DNA of 64,000 nucleotides from an uncultured Candidatus Cloacimonadota bacterium (GTDB lineage Bacteria; Cloacimonadota; Cloacimonadia; Cloacimonadales; JAJBBL01): NCBI GenBank assembly GCA_964464175.1, contig CAYXFD010000014.1, positions 5,035 to 69,034 of the forward strand, read 5' to 3'. Shown piece by piece: positions 25,001 to 33,585 of this stretch (position 1 is its first letter; each line of letters starts with the position of its first letter). The notes under the pieces were generated by a model. It saw only the letters and a program-made list of their open reading frames with translations, ran no database searches and was not told where the DNA came from. The position numbers and the translations under genes were made by a program.

Positions 25001-28000
25001 AAATAGGTCATCCAGGCATTAGTTCCGCTAAGGGGCATATCAATCCGGGATTGAGACGGCCAGCCTAACTGCCAGTGATCGTTGCCGCTGAAGGCACCGC
25101 TTGTCCAGCCTGCGGTTCCATCTTCGAAACTTTCGAAGTATGGATAATTGGCAACAGGTGGCAGAGGTTCGGTAGTAAAAGTCCAGATGGGGCAATCCAG
25201 CGCATTACTGCGATCACTATCAGAACCGGGCAGCCAGAGATCTGATGAACGAATGATTCCGGAAGTTTGCCGGCTCTCTTCATCTGTCGTGGGAATGACC
25301 TGCCAGAAATAAGTGGTTGCGTATTGAAGAATGATATCGCTATCGTAATGATAATAGCCTGGTCCGCCGGAGATATATCTTTCGGTATAAGAAGTCATTG
25401 TTGGACTTGTTCCTATTCTCAGCCTGTATCCGACCGGGTCGGGGTATCCGGTCTGGGAGTTATAACCCCAACTGAGGATCGTGGGAAGAGGTACTTCTGA
25501 GGCTCCGTCGAAAGGTGCGGGAGAATGAGGAGTAGTGGGACCGGGAGTTGGAGATTCCAGCACAATGTCATCTATACACCAATGATTGATGCTATCGGAA
25601 TTTCCTGAAAATATCCAGGCTATTTGCAGATTTGACTCACCGGCACCTTGAGCAGAAGTGATTGAATGAGTTACGATCTCGGCAGGGATATTGGCACCGG
25701 GGCTGACCCATTCACGCAGCAGATATTCCGTTTCTCCCAAGATGGTAACGAGCTTAAGTGTATAAAGCCCTGAGTAGTGATCCAACATGTGTCTGAAGGA
25801 AAGATCCAAATTGCTGAAGCCTGAAGTATCAAGCGGTAGAGTCTTCAGGTATATCTCTCCCGAGTTTTCGGGGAGATAGTAGAATCGCATTTCGGGAGAG
25901 CTGCCTCCGGCATGAGTCGTAGTACTGGCTCCCCAGTTAGTCGTTGACCTTTCCCAACCGGCAGGAATTCCTCCGGAAGCAACACCGTCAAAGTTTTCCT
26001 CCCAATTGAAGGTCGGTACGAAATCAGCATCCCAGATCTCGATGTCATCAACGGCAGCACCCTGATAAGTTACCGAGTTGTCAGTAATGAAACGGAATCT
26101 CAGCTGAACATTACTCTGGTTAGCTAAATGCGGCAGGGTCGTGGTAAATTGAGTCCATTCCCCGATTAAACCTGACCAGTTTGGCTGAGGATGTGCACCA
26201 TAGGTAATAGTGCTATTGTAAAAACCGGGATCATTCAAATGCTCCCAGGTATTACCTCCGTCATCCGAAGACTCCATGATCATTCCATCATAGCCACTTT
26301 CAATATTCAGATGCAGCCATACTGATAAACTGGGAGCTGTAACCGTGCTAAAATCAAAGATCGGTGAACTGAGCCAGCTGTCGGCATCATTCGGATAGTT
26401 CACTGTCAAACCGGTTGCCCAGACCTTTGTTCCGCTATAAGCATTATCCATAGGATCTTGATCAGGGACTCCCCATTCCCAGATATTGGAACGTGAGATC
26501 GAACCTCCGTACCAACTTCCCGGTCCTGCTTCGAAATCCTGGAAATAAGGGAAGCTGCTGATTATCGTCTCACTTACTGTGAAGTTCCAGATCGGACAGT
26601 TTACTGCCGGCCCACGGGAAGAATTGTCCCTCTCCAAACTTGATTGTCTGCCTCTGCTTTCCGGATCTGTAGTGGGTATTACCTGCCAGTAATAGGTGTT
26701 GCCTAAGCTCAAAGAGACAAGGGGAGCTATTGTATATGTTCCCGCTCCTCCTGAGACGTAGCTCTCCTCATAGAGAGCCATTACAGGATCAGTTCCCATC
26801 TTAACGATATATCCGATAGGTTCGGCAAATGATGGATGAGAGGTATATGTCCAGCCCAGGTTTGCCGATGGTTCTATTCCCTCTGAATTGTTAGCCGGTT
26901 GAGGAGAATGGGCTACGTAGGGATTAGTGCTGTAGAAAGTCCAGATAATATTACTATCGGGGTCGTTTTCATAAGCAGCACCGGAAAAGCCTCCGGTGGC
27001 AGATCGAATGATCAGATGTCCTTCTCCCGGTTCGTGATAGACATTGTATGCCCCGTTCCAGGTATTTGCCGGGAAGACCGGTTCTTCCATCATGAACCCC
27101 TGAGTGCTGTATTTCTTGAGCAGGGTTCCACCGACAGCTCCCTCTCTGAAAGTACAGTAATTGAAAGGATGATCGGTATCCACTATGCTCCCCAAAGCTA
27201 AATTGATGCCGTTGGCATTCATCCGTTCAAAGACGGTATAACGAGCGCTGATCCTGGAACCGCTATAGGTTTGAAAGCTGTAATAGCCGCTATCGGCACC
27301 GATAGTGATTGGCTGTGCTGCAGTTCCCACTGCATAAAGCTCACCCTGAGCACCAATGAGCATGCCGGCATTATTGTTCAGCTTCAAGGTCGAACCCGGA
27401 TTCATAGTTAGTCTGCGAAAGGCAATATTAAGACTCCCTTTGACGGTTAATGTTTCTCCGCCCGGAACTTCGGCATAGCAACCCACCCCCTTGTTGATGG
27501 TCAAATTATGGAAGGTCTCGGTAGGGATGATGGAGTTAAGATTACCGTTATCAATGAACTGCACGGTACCCGTGCCTTCATCGAAAGCAGAAGTTCCGGC
27601 CGTATTGATCCAGTTTCTGGCTACCTGCACCACGCTGCCGGCAGCCAGGGACAATCTGCCCCCTTCGAGCTTGAGATCACGCATTGCTCTCAGAATGTTA
27701 CTCATCGGCATCAGGTTGCCGTCCTGGATGATAATATCTCGTGAAGCCAGAGCCTGGGTAGCTTGCAGCACGGAAAATCCGATACCGGGTTTGTTGATCA
27801 CCAGATCATAGAAGCTATTAGTGCTGTGCATCTCGATCTGACCGGCACGTGCTCCGATAAATTCTACAGTTCCGGTGTCACCGTTAAAAGTGTTGGGGTT
27901 ATTGGCACGGAAAGCCCAGCCGATGCGGATAGTGCCGCTATTGAGCTGGAGATTGCCGGTAGTACCAATTTGCAAGCCATTATGAGTGATTTCCAGTATT

Positions 28001-31000
28001 GCATCCTCATTGAGTACAACGTTTCCGGTGAAGCTGAAATAAGTACCGGTATAAGCTCTGGTGAGCTTAACCAGACTTTCATCATAAATCATCAGAGAAC
28101 CTTCTGCAGGTAGAGCAAACGTGCCCATACAGATCAGCTCGGAATAGCTGGCTACAATTAATTCGTCTTCAATTGTAACAGTACCATTGATCTTGAGTGA
28201 ACTGTAATCCAGAAGAGTCAGTTTCGATTCGTTATTCAAAGTAAAATTGCCCGAAACAGTCAAATCACAGTCATTCAACTCCACATTACTTTCGTTTTGG
28301 ATGTTGAAATAACCCAGGACGCTGAGCGCTGCAGGGCTGTAAACATATAGATTTGCCAAATCCGGCTTATCGACGATCAGGTTTCCGAATGTAGTTCCGG
28401 TAGCATTATTATCAATATTGGCATAATTAAATCCCCCTGCCGTCATACCCAAGCCAAAGAATCGCAGAGTTGTATCGGCAGCCATCTGGAAGCCGGCATC
28501 CTCTTCGATGATCAGCCAGTTACCCAGCTCTATCATACCTTGGGTAATCTGAGAACTTGAGCCTTCAAAAAAGGTTAAACTCCGGTCAACGAGCAGATTG
28601 TCGCTGGGGTTATTCATCAGCAGATTACCATATACGTCCATGCCGCCATCGATTGTGAGAGCGTTATCATTGAGATCGAGATCACCGGCTCCCAAAATCA
28701 GAGAACCTCTCAGATGAAGAGGGCTGATCAGAATCACCCTGTTGGTTCGGTCATTGGTCTCTTCTCTGCTGATCGAGGTTTCATCTTCCCTTGTGCTTGT
28801 TTTATTGACAATGATGCCCTGTAAATAGCTCTGTGGATGAAAAGAGACAAAACCTGTTCCTGGTCCATAAAGCTCGATATATCCCATCTCCGGTCTGAAG
28901 TTGTTTCTCTGGCAGATAAAGTTCCCCACGGTGCGGATGATACCAGCAGTGATGTCTTCGGTAAAGGAGTAGGTTGAATTGACGATCTGGATGTTGCTTG
29001 TCTTGAAATCCAAAACTCCACCACTCATCTCTATGCTTGCATCGGCAGCATTACTCCATTGGCTGGTGGCAGCACCACCGGAGACGGTCATCAATCCATC
29101 ACGGATAACCAGTTCACCATTGAGATCTGTGCGCTGGGCACTATCCTGATTAAGATGAAGCTCACCCTGATCCACGACAGTCTTGCCAACGATGCCGTTG
29201 CGGATCATATCCTGAACCACAAGATTTCCTCCGGTAATGTGCAGAGCCCCGGATTGCATATCAAAGAAGTCGCAGGATGATTCTCCCGAAGGGAAGTGTA
29301 CCTCAGCCAGAGGATTGTTGATCGTGAACCGGTAGAAATCCTCACCGGAACATATCTGTTCTCCATCTCCAGAGAAGACGACATTGCTGGTACCTTTGAT
29401 AAAGCCGCCGGGACGAACATTGTTGATCCAGTCACCTTTTAGATGGATGTTGTATGCTCCGGGACGTAAAGTACCTCCATTGATGATCAGATCACCGGTA
29501 AGCTGTAAGGAACTGTTCAGATCAAAGAAAGAATCGACATCGATCTCGACATTGTGAAAAATATCACCCCCTCTGATCGGCATTACATTGATTGCTCCGG
29601 AGAAGGCGAGAGTACCATTGATAAATTCAAGATTTCCCAGATGCTGCATGGTGGCTTGCACTTTCACTGCTCTGACCGATTCAGATCTGAAGATGGTATT
29701 ATTATCGATCTTGAGATGCCCAGAAACGACGAGATCTGCCTGAGACAGAGTACTGACGGTAACGGATGCTCCAAAGTTTGTATTGATGGTAAGGTTATGG
29801 AAAGTGAAATCAGGCGAGTCGTTGTAAATAAATGAATCAGAGATGTAACCCAGCTTAAGCAGAGAGGAACTGCTCAAGCTTGAAACAGCACCGGAGCCGA
29901 TGATCAAATCACCCCGGCAGGTAATTTCGCCGGCACTGCTGACGTTCAGAACACCTGTCATCCCAAAGTAGAGCGATTCATGAACCGTAAGCCTCGAAGT
30001 ACTGTGATTCAAAAGCAGAAGCCCATCAACCGTCATGTCCTCCTCGACGGTCAGATTTGCTCCCTGTCCAATCGTCAGACTCTTACCATGCTCGATTGTA
30101 ATGTTTCTGATAGCTGCCGCCTGACTGGGATTGAGAATCAAGGGAGAACTATGGGCATTGGCAGGGATTATTACATCGTTGCTGGCAGAGGGCACAAAAC
30201 CCTGACTCCAGTTCTGGGGATTGAACCAGTTGTTTGATACAGCACCTGTCCAGGTCATTTCATCGGTTATATTGATTGAGTAGGTAAAAGCTCCCGTGTG
30301 TTGAGAGCTTACCACCAGGGCATACCAACCTGCATTCAGAGATGTCACGATGTAGTTGAACCGCTTGAATGCAGACAATCCAGTTCGATTACCGGCAACA
30401 GCATTGTGATAACTGTAAAGTCCACTCCCATCAGCTTTATAGAGGCCAAAATCGAGTGGAGTATTACCGAAACTGAAGGCATAGCTTCCAGGTTCCAGAT
30501 AGACATTATATACTTCTGCTGCCTTATTGTTAGGCCAGTTCTTGTTATAAGCTTGGTTGACCTGGATCTGATTGTTGCTATTGCCATCAAGATTGGCATA
30601 AGCCTGGCTGCCGCCATTACTGGTGAATTTGATGCCATAGTCGTGCGCAGGGAGTTCGTAGTTATTTATCAGCAGATAATTCGTTTTAGTTGTTGCGACT
30701 GACTGGCGTACGACGCTGCCATATTGATCATTATCGTAGAGATCAATAGTCCATCTGTCATACTGGTTGGGTTCACTGTTATCGGTAAGATCATCTCTGA
30801 TACCGATTACCTTCCAGCCCGGTGCATTCAGCTCAGCCCGGTAAAAATCCGGACTGCGGATTATGCTGTGAACGTTAGAGGGTAGATTGCCATATTGGGG
30901 ACCGCCGGAGAGGATGCTGAAGTTGCCAAAGCTGCCGTCTTCGGCAATTACTTCATTGGTAGCGCTATCGACAAGCTTGATATAGATCCTGCCCCAGGTG

Positions 31001-32493
31001 GTATCAGGAGAACCCCAGGGATCAAGAATATCCGGAACGTTCCAGATGTACCTGCCGGTATTGGGATAGTTATCCACCACCCATTGATAGGGCTCGCTGC
31101 CATCTGCACCATACACGTGATAATATATTTTCACGTGGTATCCCTCTTCCGGTTTGTTCGTGAACCAGGTAATCTCATGGATGTTTCCGGAATAGAGTAT
31201 TTCCCGCGGATGCGGAAGCCAAACATTGCTCTCACCCCTGGGTGAAGTTACCTGAAGCTCGGTACTGACTATTGGGCTATCGCTCAGGTTGATTCGATAA
31301 TGAGATTCAAAATTATAAACATCGAAAACAATGGGAACCGAATTACCCGAAGAGTAGGCAACCCCAAGCATGATATCGGAATTGAGTTCGCTATAGTAAC
31401 CTACTATGGTTACGGCGTGGTATGATGTATTGAATAAGCCCCAAGAGCTTGCCATGTGGACTATTGATGGTCTGCCGTTAAGGGCTTCATCCCTTGCTCT
31501 CCACCAAAAAACGCTGGAATTGTAGATACCGTAGATCTCATCATAATGTGCCACAGTGTAGCCGCTTTGGGTCACGGTATTTATCAAGCCATATTCGACG
31601 TTACCAAAGGTTGTATTGCCATCTTCCGTATCGGAATAATAAGCGAAATCTGAAGCAACAGTGGGCACATGATGGTTCATAAATTCGTAGTCGTGGTCAT
31701 AGCGTGAAGAATACCGGTTATTCAAGTTTCCATAGCCGCGATGATTGTTCCACCAGCAGAAAAGCATTGCCGCTGCGCTTGTTTCGGAGCTATACATACC
31801 CTGCAGCAAAGGCATTTTTTCGAGTCCTGGGATATATGTGTAATCGTGTCTGTTCAATACATGGCGATTGTCCAGAAAAGCTTCCCACTGCCGGGCAGGA
31901 TCTCCCCTTTCCCAAAAACGGGGCATTGCACTTTTCAGTTCAGAAAATTGCTCTTCCTCCAAAACCTGCATTTTGGGGAGAGGGCTCAGATACTTGACCG
32001 TTTTGCCATCGGTGTAACTATACCAGATGGCAGCAGGGCTGAAATAGTATATCCGGTGAAAGCTATATCCCTCGGGAAATAGCTCTTGAGCTTTTTCCCG
32101 GAGCTCAACTCCATGGCTGAGATGCCCCGGCAACAGCTGCCCATACATGAGAAACACTGAAATACTACGTTTAGCGCCGATCACCAGGTGCGCATACTCC
32201 AGATTTCCTTGAGCCAGGTCTCGATTACCATTCTTCCAGGCGAGATCACTACGTTCAATGAGCTGAACGGTAGCTAAGGGAGGCTGATCAATCGAAAATG
32301 GAAAACAGTAAGCAATGATGTCATCATCGGCTCCGTAATAGGGAACCGGTTCCATGGGAAAAACGTTTCCCCATTCTGCAGCGGCATTACGAGCTGCCAA
32401 TTGACTCAGATCTGAGCGGCTGATCTCTGCTGGATCTGCTGATAGTGAGATAATAATGATCAAGGACATAATGATAAAAAGTAAGCGTTTCAT
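21901..32493 (-). CDS. Giant secreted protein (3530 aa), paralog of 8667-20612; peptidase-like domain with Cys->Ser, beta-helix, MAM/cleaved-adhesin-like, Ig and FN3 domains, shared C-terminal domain
   Basis: GAGGAG SD; signal peptide; MPLLQGMYSSETSAAAML aligns with MPFYQWSYGCSPTAGAIL; YHAVTIVGY; WTGAVSNNWFNPQNW; FLGYNVYRN...YEYYVTAVY FN3 motif. Confidence 0.88.
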   Translation of the reverse strand: MKRLLFIIMSLIIIISLSADPAEISRSDLSQLAARNAAAEWGNVFPMEPVPYYGADDDIIAYCFPFSIDQPPLATVQLIERSDLAWKNGNRDLAQGNLEYAHLVIGAKRSISVFLMYGQLLPGHLSHGVELREKAQELFPEGYSFHRIYYFSPAAIWYSYTDGKTVKYLSPLPKMQVLEEEQFSELKSAMPRFWERGDPARQWEAFLDNRHVLNRHDYTYIPGLEKMPLLQGMYSSETSAAAMLFCWWNNHRGYGNLNNRYSSRYDHDYEFMNHHVPTVASDFAYYSDTEDGNTTFGNVEYGLINTVTQSGYTVAHYDEIYGIYNSSVFWWRARDEALNGRPSIVHMASSWGLFNTSYHAVTIVGYYSELNSDIMLGVAYSSGNSVPIVFDVYNFESHYRINLSDSPIVSTELQVTSPRGESNVWLPHPREILYSGNIHEITWFTNKPEEGYHVKIYYHVYGADGSEPYQWVVDNYPNTGRYIWNVPDILDPWGSPDTTWGRIYIKLVDSATNEVIAEDGSFGNFSILSGGPQYGNLPSNVHSIIRSPDFYRAELNAPGWKVIGIRDDLTDNSEPNQYDRWTIDLYDNDQYGSVVRQSVATTKTNYLLINNYELPAHDYGIKFTSNGGSQAYANLDGNSNNQIQVNQAYNKNWPNNKAAEVYNVYLEPGSYAFSFGNTPLDFGLYKADGSGLYSYHNAVAGNRTGLSAFKRFNYIVTSLNAGWYALVVSSQHTGAFTYSINITDEMTWTGAVSNNWFNPQNWSQGFVPSASNDVIIPANAHSSPLILNPSQAAAIRNITIEHGKSLTIGQGANLTVEEDMTVDGLLLLNHSTSRLTVHESLYFGMTGVLNVSSAGEITCRGDLIIGSGAVSSLSSSSLLKLGYISDSFIYNDSPDFTFHNLTINTNFGASVTVSTLSQADLVVSGHLKIDNNTIFRSESVRAVKVQATMQHLGNLEFINGTLAFSGAINVMPIRGGDIFHNVEIDVDSFFDLNSSLQLTGDLIINGGTLRPGAYNIHLKGDWINNVRPGGFIKGTSNVVFSGDGEQICSGEDFYRFTINNPLAEVHFPSGESSCDFFDMQSGALHITGGNLVVQDMIRNGIVGKTVVDQGELHLNQDSAQRTDLNGELVIRDGLMTVSGGAATSQWSNAADASIEMSGGVLDFKTSNIQIVNSTYSFTEDITAGIIRTVGNFICQRNNFRPEMGYIELYGPGTGFVSFHPQSYLQGIIVNKTSTREDETSISREETNDRTNRVILISPLHLRGSLILGAGDLDLNDNALTIDGGMDVYGNLLMNNPSDNLLVDRSLTFFEGSSSQITQGMIELGNWLIIEEDAGFQMAADTTLRFFGLGMTAGGFNYANIDNNATGTTFGNLIVDKPDLANLYVYSPAALSVLGYFNIQNESNVELNDCDLTVSGNFTLNNESKLTLLDYSSLKINGTVTIEDELIVASYSELICMGTFALPAEGSLMIYDESLVKLTRAYTGTYFSFTGNVVLNEDAILEITHNGLQIGTTGNLQLNSGTIRIGWAFRANNPNTFNGDTGTVEFIGARAGQIEMHSTNSFYDLVINKPGIGFSVLQATQALASRDIIIQDGNLMPMSNILRAMRDLKLEGGRLSLAAGSVVQVARNWINTAGTSAFDEGTGTVQFIDNGNLNSIIPTETFHNLTINKGVGCYAEVPGGETLTVKGSLNIAFRRLTMNPGSTLKLNNNAGMLIGAQGELYAVGTAAQPITIGADSGYYSFQTYSGSRISARYTVFERMNANGINLALGSIVDTDHPFNYCTFREGAVGGTLLKKYSTQGFMMEEPVFPANTWNGAYNVYHEPGEGHLIIRSATGGFSGAAYENDPDSNIIWTFYSTNPYVAHSPQPANNSEGIEPSANLGWTYTSHPSFAEPIGYIVKMGTDPVMALYEESYVSGGAGTYTIAPLVSLSLGNTYYWQVIPTTDPESRGRQSSLERDNSSRGPAVNCPIWNFTVSETIISSFPYFQDFEAGPGSWYGGSISRSNIWEWGVPDQDPMDNAYSGTKVWATGLTVNYPNDADSWLSSPIFDFSTVTAPSLSVWLHLNIESGYDGMIMESSDDGGNTWEHLNDPGFYNSTITYGAHPQPNWSGLIGEWTQFTTTLPHLANQSNVQLRFRFITDNSVTYQGAAVDDIEIWDADFVPTFNWEENFDGVASGGIPAGWERSTTNWGASTTTHAGGSSPEMRFYYLPENSGEIYLKTLPLDTSGFSNLDLSFRHMLDHYSGLYTLKLVTILGETEYLLREWVSPGANIPAEIVTHSITSAQGAGESNLQIAWIFSGNSDSINHWCIDDIVLESPTPGPTTPHSPAPFDGASEVPLPTILSWGYNSQTGYPDPVGYRLRIGTSPTMTSYTERYISGGPGYYHYDSDIILQYATTYFWQVIPTTDEESRQTSGIIRSSDLWLPGSDSDRSNALDCPIWTFTTEPLPPVANYPYFESFEDGTAGWTSGAFSGNDHWQLGWPSQSRIDMPLSGTNAWMTYLDQNYENEADTWLKSPVFDFSELDDPNLSVWLNIWSEASYDGMILEYSLDNSSWQQVIGDDGFYNRMSLPAPSHPNWSGRTEEVDGIWTEYSTSLPFLANEPQVWFCFRFTSDGDYGEAYVDEGIAIDDFRIWNTIAPPATAHSPQPEDGAIDVPMETFLEWTYTSQEGYTDPVVYQIRAGTDPTLATYQSDVLWGGPGTHSMPPFFTLEYGQTYYWQVIPSASGEEHTRSLLRDENPELSHPLQYNVLRENASIRSSAENCPIWSFTLLADATAIEIFPYFEDFELSDGGWKGGRISGMNIWQQGEPSQTVINSAYSGDYAWMTNLGGNYMNGADIWLRSPLFDFTALDEPMFSVRINHQTEPDYDGMILEATIDGGSNWFYVEADTGFYNNTSLLGPLNVPKWSGNSGGWTEFSTSLSSLAHQPQVRLRFRFASNESVTEEGFAIDDIRIWEREYSILTLNPSSHDFGRVEVDESSPVQYFEITNTGEGLLYLSPDDISLAGWHPAEFELINLSSPVELSSGQSTTIGAKFRPNETGQKEAVINIVEGSAPGRELFIKNHSRSFEREIHSIGITGFGYQLVTENVPYYEGFSIEDEGSLPAGWESSHLNWWVSGTSQAGSESPEMLFSFDPHIIGEVTLLSPLFDTSGLSQIDLTFKQQVDHLDGVFDLRIYSIVDTDSYLIQEWLNVDSSLAAQELDYLLTTAEHGVGADNLRLAWVFDGNSYNITGWHLDGIILGGDSPAVITNAATEVNYFEAVLNAQITSTGDLPILEKGFYYDTDPDPANSGLLVNSSSPGESFSALAENLEQGSDIYYIAFADNPRGRAWSEVMSFTTLSLPVPQNLAATARDGAVDLSWDDINPPVRPDGNDINLNSDKDYFQQRSSRISFLGYNVYRNSEQINEEPVEGTEYTDNNVVNGVTYEYYVTAVYEEGESGHSNTVEATPQVSGALQSPQNVTISVAGSTVYLSWDAVEGANSYKIYARSEPVTNETDPLNGWQLLMQQDSSLTTYSEAASNRRYYRVVASPLPVTR

Positions 32494-32505
32494 AATAACT
32501 CCTCT

Positions 32506-32808
32506 TTAATAGTTAGTTGGTGTTTGATATGGTTTTTTGTTTGATCGATGTACCGACGGAGCTTTGTGATAAGCTCCCTGAACAGCTCGTTCCGGGTGAA
32601 AAAGTATCTCACTGGGGACTGAGCAATTCGGATTCATAACGGTTAAATCACCGGCTGAATTCTTTGGAAACTCAATAGTTATGCGAGACGGTTTTACCAA
32701 GGTTATTTCCATACAGGATGAAGGATTATGAGTATGGCATTTATCAATATTTTTCGTCAGCTTCTTAACCTGTATTGATGAAAGACTGTTTGTACCGTAT
32801 AATAGCAT
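32506..32808 (-). CDS. Possible 100-aa orphan ORF between receiver gene and giant gene 2
   Basis: Fills the gap almost exactly and is preceded by AGGAGG 10 nt before ATG; no recognisable domain and no counterpart in module 1. Confidence 0.3.
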   Translation of the reverse strand: MLLYGTNSLSSIQVKKLTKNIDKCHTHNPSSCMEITLVKPSRITIEFPKNSAGDLTVMNPNCSVPSEILFHPERAVQGAYHKAPSVHRSNKKPYQTPTNY

Positions 32809-32828
32809 CGGGTCAAATCCTCCTGATT

Positions 32829-33227
32829 TCAGTGTTTAGAGTTAGTCTCAATCTCTGACCCGTTATCGTATCCATTTCTCTTCTGTTCTGAACTATGGCA
32901 GAATAGTGAATTCAATTGGTTCAAATGATAGGGGTGTTTCAGAGAGGTAAAGACTCCATAACGGACATTATCTATCGTAGTGCAAAGACCTGAATCACTC
33001 ACAATAACAACTCTTACAGCGGGATAGGTCTTGTTAATGTAACGAATAATGCTGAAATCATCAAGATTCGATAAACAATAAAGCACAGCCTCAATAGCTC
33101 CTCCGGCGAGTATCTGAAAAATTGCCTGCTTAGTTACTGCTGCATAGACTTCACACTTATAGGTCTGGAAGTAGTCTCTCAATTCTGTTTCTTCAGACTG
33201 ATTTGCTTTAGCAATGAGAATCTTCAT
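32829..33227 (-). CDS. Degenerate (Asp-less) receiver domain protein, copy 2
   Basis: Identical to 20694-21092 over aa 1-109 except N83T and R101H; divergent 23-aa tail. Confidence 0.78.
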   Translation of the reverse strand: MKILIAKANQSEETELRDYFQTYKCEVYAAVTKQAIFQILAGGAIEAVLYCLSNLDDFSIIRYINKTYPAVRVVIVSDSGLCTTIDNVRYGVFTSLKHPYHLNQLNSLFCHSSEQKRNGYDNGSEIETNSKH

Positions 33228-33307
33228 CTTTTGTCCTTACTATTATTCTTCAGTATCCCTTATCTGTTTTCATCCTCTAATCCTGACAGATACCGGAATT
33301 CATAATA

Positions 33308-33324
33308 AACAATAACAGTGCCAA
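33308..33324 (-). promoter_or_regulatory. Putative sigma-54 promoter, module 2
   Basis: Minus strand reads TTGGCAC-TGTTA-TTGTT; TGGCAC and TTG are conserved with copy 1 while the spacer differs. Confidence 0.65.
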
Positions 33325-33388
33325 TAGACTAATGTGTTATGAGACAAGAAGTTAAGGATTATGCAGCAGCTTAAGGTTTTCCCATTAT

Positions 33389-33492
33389 TATCCGGTTTCG
33401 GATAGTGGTACGGCAATATAGCAGCGTAAGTAGTAATGGAATAGTAATTTAAGGTTGTTGTCCGAAATCGGATAATTATCCGATTTCGGATA
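33389..33492. promoter_or_regulatory. Three palindromic T(A/G)TCCG-N4-CGGATA sites, putative enhancer, module 2
   Basis: Sites at 33389-33404, 33459-33474 (TGTCCG variant) and 33477-33492. Confidence 0.78.
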
Positions 33493-33585
33493 GTGAGGAT
33501 CAAGAGAAGTTCAGATCAATTTTCAGTCAGAATTTGAAAACTAAACAGGAATGGTTGGTAGTATCACTTTCTTGCAGGGATTTTC

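Larger units (their letters stand above)
32901..33543. repeat. 5' arm of duplicated module, copy 2
   Basis: Homologous to 20766-21409. Confidence 0.93.

Noticed and set aside
8667-32493. Giants as classical autotransporters, RTX, Rhs or CdiA toxins
   Set aside because: No C-terminal beta-barrel, GGxGxD repeats, YD repeats or TPS domain, and no adjacent TpsB, T1SS or immunity genes
33300-33503. 67-aa ORF over the module 2 regulatory region
   Set aside because: It coincides with the enhancer/promoter and has no equivalent ORF in copy 1
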